A DNA stretch of 64,000 bases. Origin: Auanema rhodensis (Eukaryota > Animalia > Nematoda). Below, piece by piece: positions 20,001 through 29,800 of the stretch. The notes below the pieces were generated by a model. That model made no database searches, was not told the DNA's origin, and saw only the letters and a program-made list of their open reading frames with translations. The DNA is taken from positions 7,502,001-7,566,000 of the forward strand of contig OZ059894.1 in NCBI GenBank assembly GCA_964057225.1, given 5' to 3'. How positions within the stretch are numbered: position 1 is the stretch's first letter; each line of letters opens with the position of its first letter. The position numbers were made by a program, and so were the translations under genes.

Positions 20001-22885
20001 AAGCTTTTCTAAATGAAGATAGAAAAATAGGCTTATTCAAAGGACCCGTCGAACATACTATTCCATTAAGAACGGACATGGATATGCCAAGACCAAGAAT
20101 AACACGTATTCCACTTGGAAAACAAGAAGAAATAGAAAGACAAATCCTAGAAATGCTTGAACAAGACATTATTGAACCATCTACATCTTTGTTCAATAGC
20201 CCTGTAGTATTGGTCAAGAAGAAAGACGATACTTATAGGTTCGTGACAGATTTTCGAGCCTTAAATAACGTAACACGCAAGCAAACATATGTAATACCAA
20301 GCATTTCGGACATAGTTGACATGGCAGCGGGAGCTAAATTCTTCTCAAACTTCGACTTAGTATCAGGATTCTTTCAAATATCTTTACGGAAATCAGATCG
20401 ACGATTAACAGCATTTACTACAACATCAGGAACGTATCAATACAAACGTATGCCTATGGGTCTCTGTGGAGCCCCACATACATTTCAAACAGCTGTAAGA
20501 TACTTGCAAAGTAAATGTTCTTGCAAACTATTTGTCTACCTGGACGATCTATTAGTCATATCAGATACAAGAGAACAACATCTCAAAGACATCGACGAAT
20601 TATTGCACGCAGTAGAAAAATTAGGAATGAAAATAAAGCTCAAGAAATGCGCTTTTGCACAACCAGAAGTGAAATTCTTAGGACTAATAGTTGGACGACA
20701 AGGAATGAAGCCAGATCCTCAAAAGGTCGCGGCTATACAGGACTATCCTGCACCTAAGAACGCAACAGGAGTACGCGCTTTCTTAGGAATGGTTGGATTC
20801 TTTCGAAAATTTATAAAAGATTTTGCACGGATCGCAAGTCCTTTATACGACTTAACAAAGGCAGAGACTGAATTTATATGGAATAAAGAACATCAAGAAG
20901 CTATAGATCTCCTAAAAAGAAGTCTTATACAGGCACCCGTGTTAAGCCCACCAAAATCAGATCGCTTATTTATCATTGAAAGCGACGGGAGTAACATTGC
21001 CATAGGTGCCGTATTACTACAACCAGAAGATCCAAGACAACCTCTAAAGAATCTACATCCAATCGCATTTGCAAGCAGAAAATTAGTAAAAGCAGAAAGG
21101 AATTATGCGCCTATAGAAATAGAAGCGCTAGGCCTAGTGTACGCGCTAAATCAGTTTCGAACATATATTCTTGGAACACATACAATATGCATTACGGACC
21201 ATCGACCTCTTACTAGCTTACTAACGCGAAGAGACTTATTTGGACGACTCGCGAAATTTCAGCTAGTAATCCAAGAATACGATATCGAGATAAGATATAG
21301 AGAAGGCCAATTGAACAAAGTATGCGATGCTTTATCCCGATACATAGGAGAAGAAGCCAACGACGCAAGGCCTGAGACGAAGAAGAAGAAGAAAAAGGAA
21401 GAAATTCACATAAATGCCATAAATACACCAACAATAAAGGAGCTTCAACTAAACACCCCTTGGATTAAAAGAACGATAGCGGAGATAGAATATAGAGCAC
21501 AAAAGAATATGACAGCAAACGATAGATACTGCGTTATAAACGATTTGCTCTATACAAGACCAACAGACAAAAAGCCTCATCCTGCAATCGTTATACCACA
21601 AGACCATCCAATAACGGACGAAATTATCAAATTATTTCACGAAGATCCCACCATAGCAGCACATCAAGGAATAAATAAGACAAAGGAAGCAATATTAAGA
21701 AGATTTTATTGGACAAACATGCAGAATGACATCACAATGTTTATCAAAAACTGCATAAAATGTGCGCAAAGAAAGAAGGATCCCCATTCTATGACAGTTC
21801 AACCAATCGGACAATTTGAAATACCAAGTAAACCATTCGAACGGGTTCACATGGATATTATGGGACCATTCCCTCCCACACGAAGAAATTGCACCCATGT
21901 AATTACCATACAAGACTCATTCACTAAGTGGGCGACAACAATAGCAGTTCCGTGTATTACAACAGAAATTACCATCGACAGATTTCTAAGGAATTTTGTA
22001 TACATTTATGGACCTCCCCAGCGACTGATCACCGACCGAGGATCCAATTTTGTATCAAAAAAGTTCGAAGAAATGTGTAAAATGGTTGGAATAATACATG
22101 AACCTACCCTTCCTCATCAAAAGAACTCTAACGGTCAAGTCGAAAGACTACATAGAACGTTAGAGGAAGGGTTAACACACTATATGAAAGAAGACCTAAG
22201 CGAATGGGATACCATTTTACCCAAGATTACTTTCGCGATCAACAATATTCAGCACGCTACAACCGGAATTGCACCATATGTAGCACTATTCGGAAAAGAA
22301 GGCAGAATGATACTCGATGCCGAATTACCAGACACCATACGGAGAATACAGGAAATTTCTGATGAACTACTAGCAAGAAAGCCACAAATGATGAAAAGAA
22401 ACCAAATAATTCATGACCGAATAGCGCAGAATCAAGAAAATGCAAAGAAAAAGAAGGACCAAACACAAAGAACGCGCGACAGAAATATACAACCAGGAGA
22501 TATGGTCATGACCACTATAAAATCACATCAAATTGGTCAGAAACTACGAAAAAGCTACGATGGACCCTTCGAAGTCATCAATGTCGAAGGATCTAAGGTC
22601 CAAATAAGGAATGGAGCAGGAAAAATTCAAGACATTCATAAAGACAACCTCAAATTATTCTCTAATTCGGAACAAGACAGCGCTTACAATACCAGAGCGA
22701 GCAAATGGAAACAACAAGCCGAGGAAGAAGACGACAGCGATATTGAGGTCATCGAAGTAATAAAAGGGAACAAGGGAAGCGACTCAGAAACAGAACCAGA
22801 ATCAGAAATGGAGGATGGAAACGAACTATGGTTACCGACTAATACGAACCGACAGAGAATAAAAAAAGTAAAATATTATAATTGA
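14069..22885 (+). CDS. E2 Gag-Env-Pol polyprotein (2938 aa from GTG; first ATG at 15077)
   Basis: S/T/basic N-terminal extension, Gag (CPIYDG...TFLRGL), N/Q/R-rich tract, signal ~16004-16072, furin-like KRTKR 16850-16864, TM ~18890-18952, WDSGS ~19214, YLDD 20537-20548, RNase H, IN with GPF. Confidence 0.95.
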   Translation: MAKRFASAFSALHPSDSNSDATVASRTRSRTRLLSVQIEESNQPDEKPKPQLDKFYTPREGTYSPSDDTDEDPDFIIADGNAQTPTTNPKVRSFNTNKNRKIQKENPTTVSASPVNSDPNTLSAITDNTLSPSIELTQSPQAYSATTDLRNSSNQELTEANTSQSPLSAITDKLKKNISNKRKTSTPRKRTKVTTEAEAPSAEASEVSPLSLTTDKYKNKRSLTARLIKILNLSPGDKATTPNTVRPRFASHNSYLNKSDSAILSSQSTPITPPQASGRVIKVQKARSTTAVPVISSSIDSETGGSSETRRNTYPEASISEVITSPITHPKGISSEMTETPRLPGAGKSTIAQALSSPYCPIYDGSRNFRDFVAKFNTFSNALGLVMPERLTILPLLLKNERAEEAYTQLANEIKTAGPWITLIEELTSKLCPEYNQDPALITLQNSTQGDLSVDGFAQTLRNLSLNAFSQSDPHKDHILRSTFLRGLKNSIRPGVIRAKPKTFSEAIDNARWEESIANQVADPQALLVNAIERTFPQRRDPGRRGNGRGYQSFNNKNYQNYQNYQNSSNYQKPQNYQNSFARNRNFGNRGRNFSNQPNSNWYQRNNTLSRNQEINDNRQRLNNPFRGNNNNRGRGRGSRVNNLTLISPLTLAVALSVILSLITTVEAYQLCTKATGGALLIPPSLRKCSIPSTKHVLRTRIHLYTRNQTAHEWDAWRCSKEVHKICIRDLLFLRDYNSTVDRIEKIPAAECRLAVRDRKWSSEELKKLDSITYATNEPTFSPGRSLNNEQCEEKPRLVLERGVMTRMPDDTVISNLILNTEGCLSHHGECASNTSIIIWDKQPYENRCNYIDMSEYDAIIGDSIILIPTTQSALVIENKKVPKEISSCFQQPIFHTTTGNYILFPKFPNDINIHELIEREFKKLPPKRTKRAIAECKVEMNKEWIQQQEDFETIILNICPYPFLRPVMSNPGISQIIPLMRSRQIADPSYSVVDWISAHPEKFYFFLRNPVSDKSIQRFFKIYELRNPEEAILFFLAQKELAATTRGAIRYLTSLQLLEQIGDRLSAEEFDEKLLKKDGSYRERAEIIALELAFTPVVFENNLSVPSKQEVLKAFVNMPPTRPSLTTDSEEERRVLENTLDLYHNIIKLRVARPNRTIAAKDDERFRHLPVPATKLPDIHTLYHDIENNFGIPVGPHPRIQNPSKDTRELLIRTFLPLLEDTRKPPYLSRRLPITTTQMTPLSGPPETIYKEPTKSQTTYAPQPVTKTATLVQQTTRFDETTETTTTHATSTMLYALYTEKTPSTMTPISETTLRSLRKQRTSSPPIETKAIQAQSNYIASKVNNEMQTNQNTSRKIAQDHLQYATTIVQEELQRHFVESFESICEIQNRYLELWRSILQIEPTIAMRTILGRDDIAARFVGSEIVHVHICLPLKPKTVHYSHKINETCYLETPVTTEENKLYFAAPGSKDLLTHGKEINCDHVPTDVYSKDGEWMNVNGSVEVNPISLLDGAHHHQITPLKFTGAHLYTNLSSRIYSMTTAIAYGASLASIRQNHVLHTIHNDPQITSTFNLLKRGSDYISKAKEFTSTAWNSVIDSLIGSIEKTLIFIGSVVIIIALTIIVIVIAKLYFCKTMPLPIMHIQGMDHEPPGYEETLELVSRADQPMPESIMKQYYPALVTFIPLAMPFISSIRATETKLPLIYISVEDKLILALWDSGSSVSYVRLSTLKYLNMAQHIKKRRLVAMAANKSTFTLYGKIELIIEIAGYEIEHTFLVSSDNDCPAPALIGLDFMKTLDSENIDVSLKPSKKTLEIGNHALPLIEQEVIKQKSITVNIINLKRRILQPEEEAPIPIKTDRPLEQNEVVVLGDNGSALATSYPTAFRDTCGVYVIFRNNTDKTIEIEPNSVIGQANIGEIQSWQSIKNEPTTPYIPPEADWENKLPHFPRDFMKDLNLEKADLTKEDKQELTKIIEQHREAFLNEDRKIGLFKGPVEHTIPLRTDMDMPRPRITRIPLGKQEEIERQILEMLEQDIIEPSTSLFNSPVVLVKKKDDTYRFVTDFRALNNVTRKQTYVIPSISDIVDMAAGAKFFSNFDLVSGFFQISLRKSDRRLTAFTTTSGTYQYKRMPMGLCGAPHTFQTAVRYLQSKCSCKLFVYLDDLLVISDTREQHLKDIDELLHAVEKLGMKIKLKKCAFAQPEVKFLGLIVGRQGMKPDPQKVAAIQDYPAPKNATGVRAFLGMVGFFRKFIKDFARIASPLYDLTKAETEFIWNKEHQEAIDLLKRSLIQAPVLSPPKSDRLFIIESDGSNIAIGAVLLQPEDPRQPLKNLHPIAFASRKLVKAERNYAPIEIEALGLVYALNQFRTYILGTHTICITDHRPLTSLLTRRDLFGRLAKFQLVIQEYDIEIRYREGQLNKVCDALSRYIGEEANDARPETKKKKKKEEIHINAINTPTIKELQLNTPWIKRTIAEIEYRAQKNMTANDRYCVINDLLYTRPTDKKPHPAIVIPQDHPITDEIIKLFHEDPTIAAHQGINKTKEAILRRFYWTNMQNDITMFIKNCIKCAQRKKDPHSMTVQPIGQFEIPSKPFERVHMDIMGPFPPTRRNCTHVITIQDSFTKWATTIAVPCITTEITIDRFLRNFVYIYGPPQRLITDRGSNFVSKKFEEMCKMVGIIHEPTLPHQKNSNGQVERLHRTLEEGLTHYMKEDLSEWDTILPKITFAINNIQHATTGIAPYVALFGKEGRMILDAELPDTIRRIQEISDELLARKPQMMKRNQIIHDRIAQNQENAKKKKDQTQRTRDRNIQPGDMVMTTIKSHQIGQKLRKSYDGPFEVINVEGSKVQIRNGAGKIQDIHKDNLKLFSNSEQDSAYNTRASKWKQQAEEEDDSDIEVIEVIKGNKGSDSETEPESEMEDGNELWLPTNTNRQRIKKVKYYN
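16004..18955 (+). other. E2 envelope glycoprotein domain (class III, gB-like)
   Basis: Homologous to E1 Env (YQLC/YQIC, WDAWRC/WEAWKC, ILQIEPTIAMRTILGRDDIAARFVG, CYLETPV); Thr-rich mucin-like insert. Confidence 0.8.
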
Positions 22886-23516
22886 TAACGATGAATTAGA
22901 AATTTCTTTGCAAGACATTAGAAATAGGCATCAAAAGAAGAGATTTCAAAAAATAATAAACTTATGATGATATTAATTAATACTAAGACCAAAGCCGTAA
23001 AACTATGCTGATTACAGAGATTTGAAACTTGTGAAAAAAAAAATAATATAATAAATAAATAAATCAATAAAATGAAAAGCTCTACATGCCTCCCCATGAT
23101 AGATGAGACGAACACTGACAGGCATATAGACCACATGTCAACTGAGTGGTAGCCGCCATTAGTACTCGAGGATTCGCTCTGGGAGACAGGTAGAGACAGA
23201 GAAAAATAGAAATCAATACCTCTACCACAGCTAGTATACGAGTTAGCAGTTGCAAGTATTAGTACAATGACCAAACTATACAAAAGCGATATACAAAAAA
23301 AAAAAAAAAAAAAATCTCTACTTATGATGACTATATGAAACAAACATATGAACTAAATATAAAAATTCTAATTCTTCGTTACCAAAAATTACGTATTTCA
23401 TATTATTGTGTTAAAATTTTTTTTTCTCTCCAAACTGTAAAACACAACTACATACCAACTCAAAAACTTTTTGGTTAAAATTCGCGAGGACGCGAAAAAT
23501 CTTTTGAAAAAGGGCA

Positions 23517-23881
23517 CGTTCCATGCGGACGCCTAGTGTATGTAGTTAGTGGGTTAGAGTTAGACTGACTAGAGGACTGAGGAATAGCTCCGCCTTACCT
23601 CGGTTCTCTAACCAGGAGTTCGCCTCTTAGCAAGCCCATGGACGGTTTGTATCTAGTTTAGTTTATCTTGTACATTAGTCATTGTCTTGTAAATGTAGTC
23701 TACTCCATTCTTGTATTATTGTAGTGTAATGTTGTTGTATCGTGTATAATAAATCTATCCTTTTCCTTATCTTATGATATCCTTATGCTCTGTTTTCATA
23801 CGCTACACTTATGGAATACTATCCGCGTAGTTGAGCAGACTACAATGGTCTGTTCAGTATACGCAGGAGCATAATGGAACG
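23517..23881 (+). repeat. E2 3' LTR
   Basis: Copy of 12365-12729. Confidence 0.95.
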
Positions 23882-26800
23882 ATATATTCTGGTAAAAAGG
23901 TCTAGGCTTATGGTTACGTTGTTTGGATGCATCAGGAATAGACGGCGGATCTCTTGTGAGATCATATTCTAGGAGATAATGTGGCCGAATGGTCTAGGGG
24001 TATGATTCTCGCTTTGGGTGCGAGAGGTCCCGGGTTCAAATCCCGGTTCGGCCCAAACTTTTGCTTTCTTTTGTTTCAGAAACAGTTTTGATAAAGCTTT
24101 CAGTTTCGGAACTTCTCTCAAATCCTTTCATTGGATATATTCTGGTAAAAAGGACTAGGCTTATGGTTACGTTGTTTGGATGCATCAGGAATAGACGGCG
24201 GATCTCTTGCGAGATCATATTCTAGGAGATAATGTGGCCGAATGGTCTAGGGGTATGATTCTCGCTTTGGGTGCGAGAGGTCCCGGGTTCAAATCCCGGT
24301 TCGGCCCAAACTTTTGCTTTCTTTTGTTTCTGAAACAGTTTTGATAAAGCTTTCAGTTTCGGAACTTCTCTCAAATCCTTTCTTTGGATAATTTCCGGTA
24401 AAGAGGTCTAGGCTTATGGTTACGTTGTTTGCATGCATCAGGAATAGACGGCGGATCTCTTGTGAGATGATATTCTAGGAGATAATGTCGATTGGACATT
24501 GTTTCTTGGATATATTGTGATAAAAAACTCCAAGCTTATGATTACCGTGTTTGGATGCATCAGGAATAGACGGCAGATCTCTTGTGAGATCATATTCTAG
24601 GAGATAATGTGGCCGAATGGTCTAGGGGTATGATTCTCGCTTTGGGTGCGAGAGGTCCCGGGTTCAAATCCCGGTTCGGCCCAAACTTTTGCTTTCTTTT
24701 GTTTCACAAAAAGTTTTGATAAAGCTTTCAGTTTCGGAACTTCTCTCAAATCCTTTCATTGGATATATTCTGGTAAAAAGGTCTAGGCTTATGGTTACGT
24801 TGTTTGGATGCATAAGGGATAGACGGCAGATCTCTTGTGAGATCATATTCCAGGAGATAATGTGGCCGAATGGTCTAGGGGTATGATTCTCGCTTTGGGT
24901 GCGAGAGGTCCCGGGTTCAAATCCCGGTTCGGCCCAAAATTTTGCTTTCTTTTGTTTCACAAAAAGTTTTGATAAAGCTTTCAGTTTCGGAACTTCTCTC
25001 AAATCCTTTCATTGGATATATTCTGGTAAAAAGGTCTAGGCTTATGGTTACGTTGTTTGGATGCATCAGGAATAGACGGCGGATCTCTTGTGAGATCATA
25101 TTCTAGGAGATAATGTGGCCGAATGGTCTAGGGGTATGATTCTCGCTTTGGGTGCGAGAGGTCCCGGGTTCAAATCCCGGTTCGGCCCAAACTTTTGCTT
25201 TCTTTTGTTTCAGAAACAGTTTTGATAAAGCTTTCAGTTTCGGAACTTCTCTCAAATCCTTTCATTGGATATATTCTGGTAAAAAGGACTAGGCTTATGG
25301 TTACGTTGTTTGGATGCATCAGGAATAGACGGCGGATCTCTTGCGAGATCATATTCTAGGAGATAATGTGGCCGAATGGTCTAGGGGTATGATTCTCGCT
25401 TTGGGTGCGAGAGGTCCCGGGTTCAAATCCCGGTTCGGCCCAAACTTTTGCTTTCTTTTGTTTCTGAAACAGTTTTGATAAAGCTTTCAGTTTCGGAACT
25501 TCTCTCAAATCCTTTCTTTGGATAATTTCCGGTAAAGAGGTCTAGGCTTATGGTTACGTTGTTTGCATGCATCAGGAATAGACGGCGGATCTCTTGTGAG
25601 ATGATATTCTAGGAGATAATGTCGATTGGACATTGTTTCTTGGATATATTGTGATAAAAAGGTCCAAGCTTATGATTACGTTGTTCGGATGCATCAGGAA
25701 TAGACGGCGGATCTCTTGTGAGATCATATTCTAGGAGATAATGTGGCCGAATGGTCTAGGGGTATGATTCTCGCTTTGGGTGCGAGAGGTCCCGGGTTCA
25801 AATCCCGGTTCGGCCCAAACTTTTGCTTTCTTTTGTTTCTGAAACAGTTTTGATAAAGCTTTCAGTTTCGGAACTTCTCTCAAATCCTTTCTTTGGATAA
25901 TTTCCGGTAAAGAGGTCTAGGCTTATGGTTACGTTGTTTGCATGCATCAGGAATAGACGGCAGATCTCTTGTGAGATCATATTCTAGGAGATAATGTCGA
26001 ATGGACATTGTTTCTTGGATATATTGTGATAAAAAGGTCCAAGCTTATGATTACGTTGTTTGGATGCATAAGGGATAGACGGCAGATCTCTTGTGAGATC
26101 ATATTCCAGGAGATAATGTGGCCGAATGGTCTAGGGGTATGATTCTCGCTTTGGGTGCGAGAGGTCCCGGGTTCAAATCCCGGTTCGGCTCAAAATTTTG
26201 CTTTCTTTTGTTTCACAAAAAGTTTTGATAAAGCTTTCAGTTTCGGAACTTCTCTCAAATCCTTTCATTGGATATATTCTGGTAAAAAGGTCTAGGCTTA
26301 TGGTTACGTTGTTTGGATGCATCAGGAATAGACGGCGGATCTCTTGTGAGATCATATTCTAGGAGATAATGTGGCCGAATGGTCTAGGGGTATGATTCTC
26401 GCTTTGGGTGCGAGAGGTCCCGGGTTCAAATCCCGGTTCGGCCCAAAATTTTGCTTTCTTTTGTTTCACAAAAAGTTTTGATAAAGCTTTCAGTTTCGGA
26501 ACTTCTCTCAAATCCTTTCATTGGATATATTCTGGTAAAAAGGTCTAGGCTTATGGTTACGTTGTTTGGATGCATCAGGAATAGACGGCGGATCTCTTGT
26601 GAGATCATATTCTAGGAGATAATGTGGCCGAATGGTCTAGGGGTATGATTCTCGCTTTGGGTGCGAGAGGTCCCGGGTTCAAATCCCGGTTCGGCCCAAA
26701 CTTTTGCTTTCTTTTGTTTCAGAAACAGTTTTGATAAAGCTTTCAGTTTCGGAACTTCTCTCAAATCCTTTCATTGGATATATTCTGGTAAAAAGGACTA

Positions 26801-29800
26801 GGCTTATGGTTACGTTGTTTGGATGCATCAGGAATAGACGGCGGATCTCTTGCGAGATCATATTCTAGGAGATAATGTGGCCGAATGGTCTAGGGGTATG
26901 ATTCTCGCTTTGGGTGCGAGAGGTCCCGGGTTCAAATCCCGGTTCGGCCCAAACTTTTGCTTTCTTTTGTTTCTGAAACAGTTTTGATAAAGCTTTCAGT
27001 TTCGGAACTTCTCTCAAATCCTTTCTTTGGATAATTTCCGGTAAAGAGGTCTAGGCTTATGGTTACGTTGTTTGCATGCATCAGGAATAGACGGCGGATC
27101 TCTTGTGAGATGATATTCTAGGAGATAATGTCGATTGGACATTGTTTCTTGGATATATTGTGATAAAAAACTCCAAGCTTATGATTACCGTGTTTGGATG
27201 CATCAGGAATAGACGGCAGATCTCTTGTGAGATCATATTCTAGGAGATAATGTGGCCGAATGGTCTAGGGGTATGATTCTCGCTTTGGGTGCGAGAGGTC
27301 CCGGGTTCAAATCCCGGTTCGGCCCAAACTTTTGCTTTCTTTTGTTTCACAAAAAGTTTTGATAAAGCTTTCAGTTTCGGAACTTCTCTCAAATCCTTTC
27401 ATTGGATATATTCTGGTAAAAAGGTCTAGGCTTATGGTTACGTTGTTTGGATGCATAAGGGATAGACGGCAGATCTCTTGTGAGATCATATTCCAGGAGA
27501 TAATGTGGCCGAATGGTCTAGGGGTATGATTCTCGCTTTGGGTGCGAGAGGTCCCGGGTTCAAATCCCGGTTCGGCCCAAAATTTTGCTTTCTTTTGTTT
27601 CACAAAAAGTTTTGATAAAGCTTTCAGTTTCGGAACTTCTCTCAAATCCTTTCATTGGATATATTCTGGTAAAAAGGTCTAGGCTTATGGTTACGTTGTT
27701 TGGATGCATCAGGAATAGACGGCGGATCTCTTGTGAGATCATATTCTAGGAGATAATGTGGCCGAATGGTCTAGGGGTATGATTCTCGCTTTGGGTGCGA
27801 GAGGTCCCGGGTTCAAATCCCGGTTCGGCCCAAACTTTTGCTTTCTTTTGTTTCAGAAACAGTTTTGATAAAGCTTTCAGTTTCGGAACTTCTCTCAAAT
27901 CCTTTCATTGGATATATTCTGGTAAAAAGGACTAGGCTTATGGTTACGTTGTTTGGATGCATCAGGAATAGACGGCGGATCTCTTGCGAGATCATATTCT
28001 AGGAGATAATGTGGCCGAATGGTCTAGGGGTATGATTCTCGCTTTGGGTGCGAGAGGTCCCGGGTTCAAATCCCGGTTCGGCCCAAACTTTTGCTTTCTT
28101 TTGTTTCTGAAACAGTTTTGATAAAGCTTTCAGTTTCGGAACTTCTCTCAAATCCTTTCTTTGGATAATTTCCGGTAAAGAGGTCTAGGCTTATGGTTAC
28201 GTTGTTTGCATGCATCAGGAATAGACGGCGGATCTCTTGTGAGATGATATTCTAGGAGATAATGTCGATTGGACATTGTTTCTTGGATATATTGTGATAA
28301 AAAACTCCAAGCTTATGATTACCGTGTTTGGATGCATCAGGAATAGACGGCAGATCTCTTGTGAGATCATATTCTAGGAGATAATGTGGCCGAATGGTCT
28401 AGGGGTATGATTCTCGCTTTGGGTGCGAGAGGTCCCGGGTTCAAATCCCGGTTCGGCCCAAACTTTTGCTTTCTTTTGTTTCAGAAACAGTTTTGATAAA
28501 GCTTTCAGTTTCGGAACTTCTCTCAAATCCTTTCTTTGGATAATTTCCGGTAAAAAGGTCTAGGCTTATGGTTACGTTGTTTGGATGCATCAGGAATAGA
28601 CGGCGGATCTCTTGTGAGATGATATTCTAGGAGATAATGTCGATTGGACATTGTTTCTTGGATATATTGTGATACAAAACTCCAAGTTTATGATTACCGT
28701 GTTTGGATGCATCAGGAATAGACGGCAGACATTGTTTCTTGGATATATTGTGATAAAAAGGTCCAAGCTTATGATTACGTTGTTCGGATGCATAAGGGAT
28801 AGACGGCGGATCTCTTGTGAGATCATATTCCAGGAGATAATGTGGCCGAATGGTCTAGGGGTATGATTCTCGCTTTGGGTGCGAGAGGTCCCGGGTTCAA
28901 ATCCCGGTTCGGCCCAAACTTTTGCTTTCTTTTGTTTCAGAAACAGTTTTGATAAAGCTTTCAGTTTCGGAACTTCTCTCAAATCCTTTCATTGGATATA
29001 TTCTGGTAAAAAGGACTAGGCTTATGGTTACGTTGTTTGGATGCATCAGGAATAGACGGCGGATCTCTTGCGAGATCATATTCTAGGAGATAATGTGGCC
29101 GAATGGTCTAGGGGTATGATTCTCGCTTTGGGTGCGAGAGGTCCCGGGTTCAAATCCCGGTTCGGCCCAAACTTTTGCTTTCTTTTGTTTCTGAAACAGT
29201 TTTGATAAAGCTTTCAGTTTCGGAACTTCTCTCAAATCCTTTCTTTGGATAATTTCCGGTAAAGAGGTCTAGGCTTATGGTTACGTTGTTTGCATGCATC
29301 AGGAATAGACGGCGGATCTCTTGTGAGATGATATTCTAGGAGATAATGTCGATTGGACATTGTTTCTTGGATATATTGTGATAAAAAGGTCCAAGCTTAT
29401 GATTACGTTGTTCGGATGCATCAGGAATAGACGGCGGATCTCTTGTGAGATCATATTCTAGGAGATAATGTGGCCGAATGGTCTAGGGGTATGATTCTCG
29501 CTTTGGGTGCGAGAGGTCCCGGGTTCAAATCCCGGTTCGGCCCAAAATTTTGCTTTCTTTTGTTTCAGAAACAGTTTTGATAGAGCTTTCAGTTTCGGAA
29601 CTTCTCTCAAATCCTTTCTTTGGATAATTTCCGGTAAAAAGGTCTAGGCTTATGGTTACGTTGTTTGGATGCATCAGGAATAGACGGCGGATCTCTTGTG
29701 AGATGATATTCTAGGAGATAATGTCGATTGGACATTGTTTCTTGGATATATTGTGATAAAAAACTCCAAGCTTATGATTACCGTGTTTGGATGCATCAGG

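Larger units (their letters stand above)
12365..23881 (+). mobile_element. E2: second full-length gag-env-pol Ty3/gypsy-like LTR element (family distinct from E1)
   Basis: 365-bp LTRs that look identical by eye (12365-12729, 23517-23881), TSD ATAT, PBS, PPT GAAAAAGGGCA, intact 2938-aa ORF colinear with E1. Confidence 0.96.

Noticed and set aside
28720-28740. Odd 456-bp array unit
   Set aside because: A simple 41-bp deletion inside a subrepeat; ordinary satellite turnover
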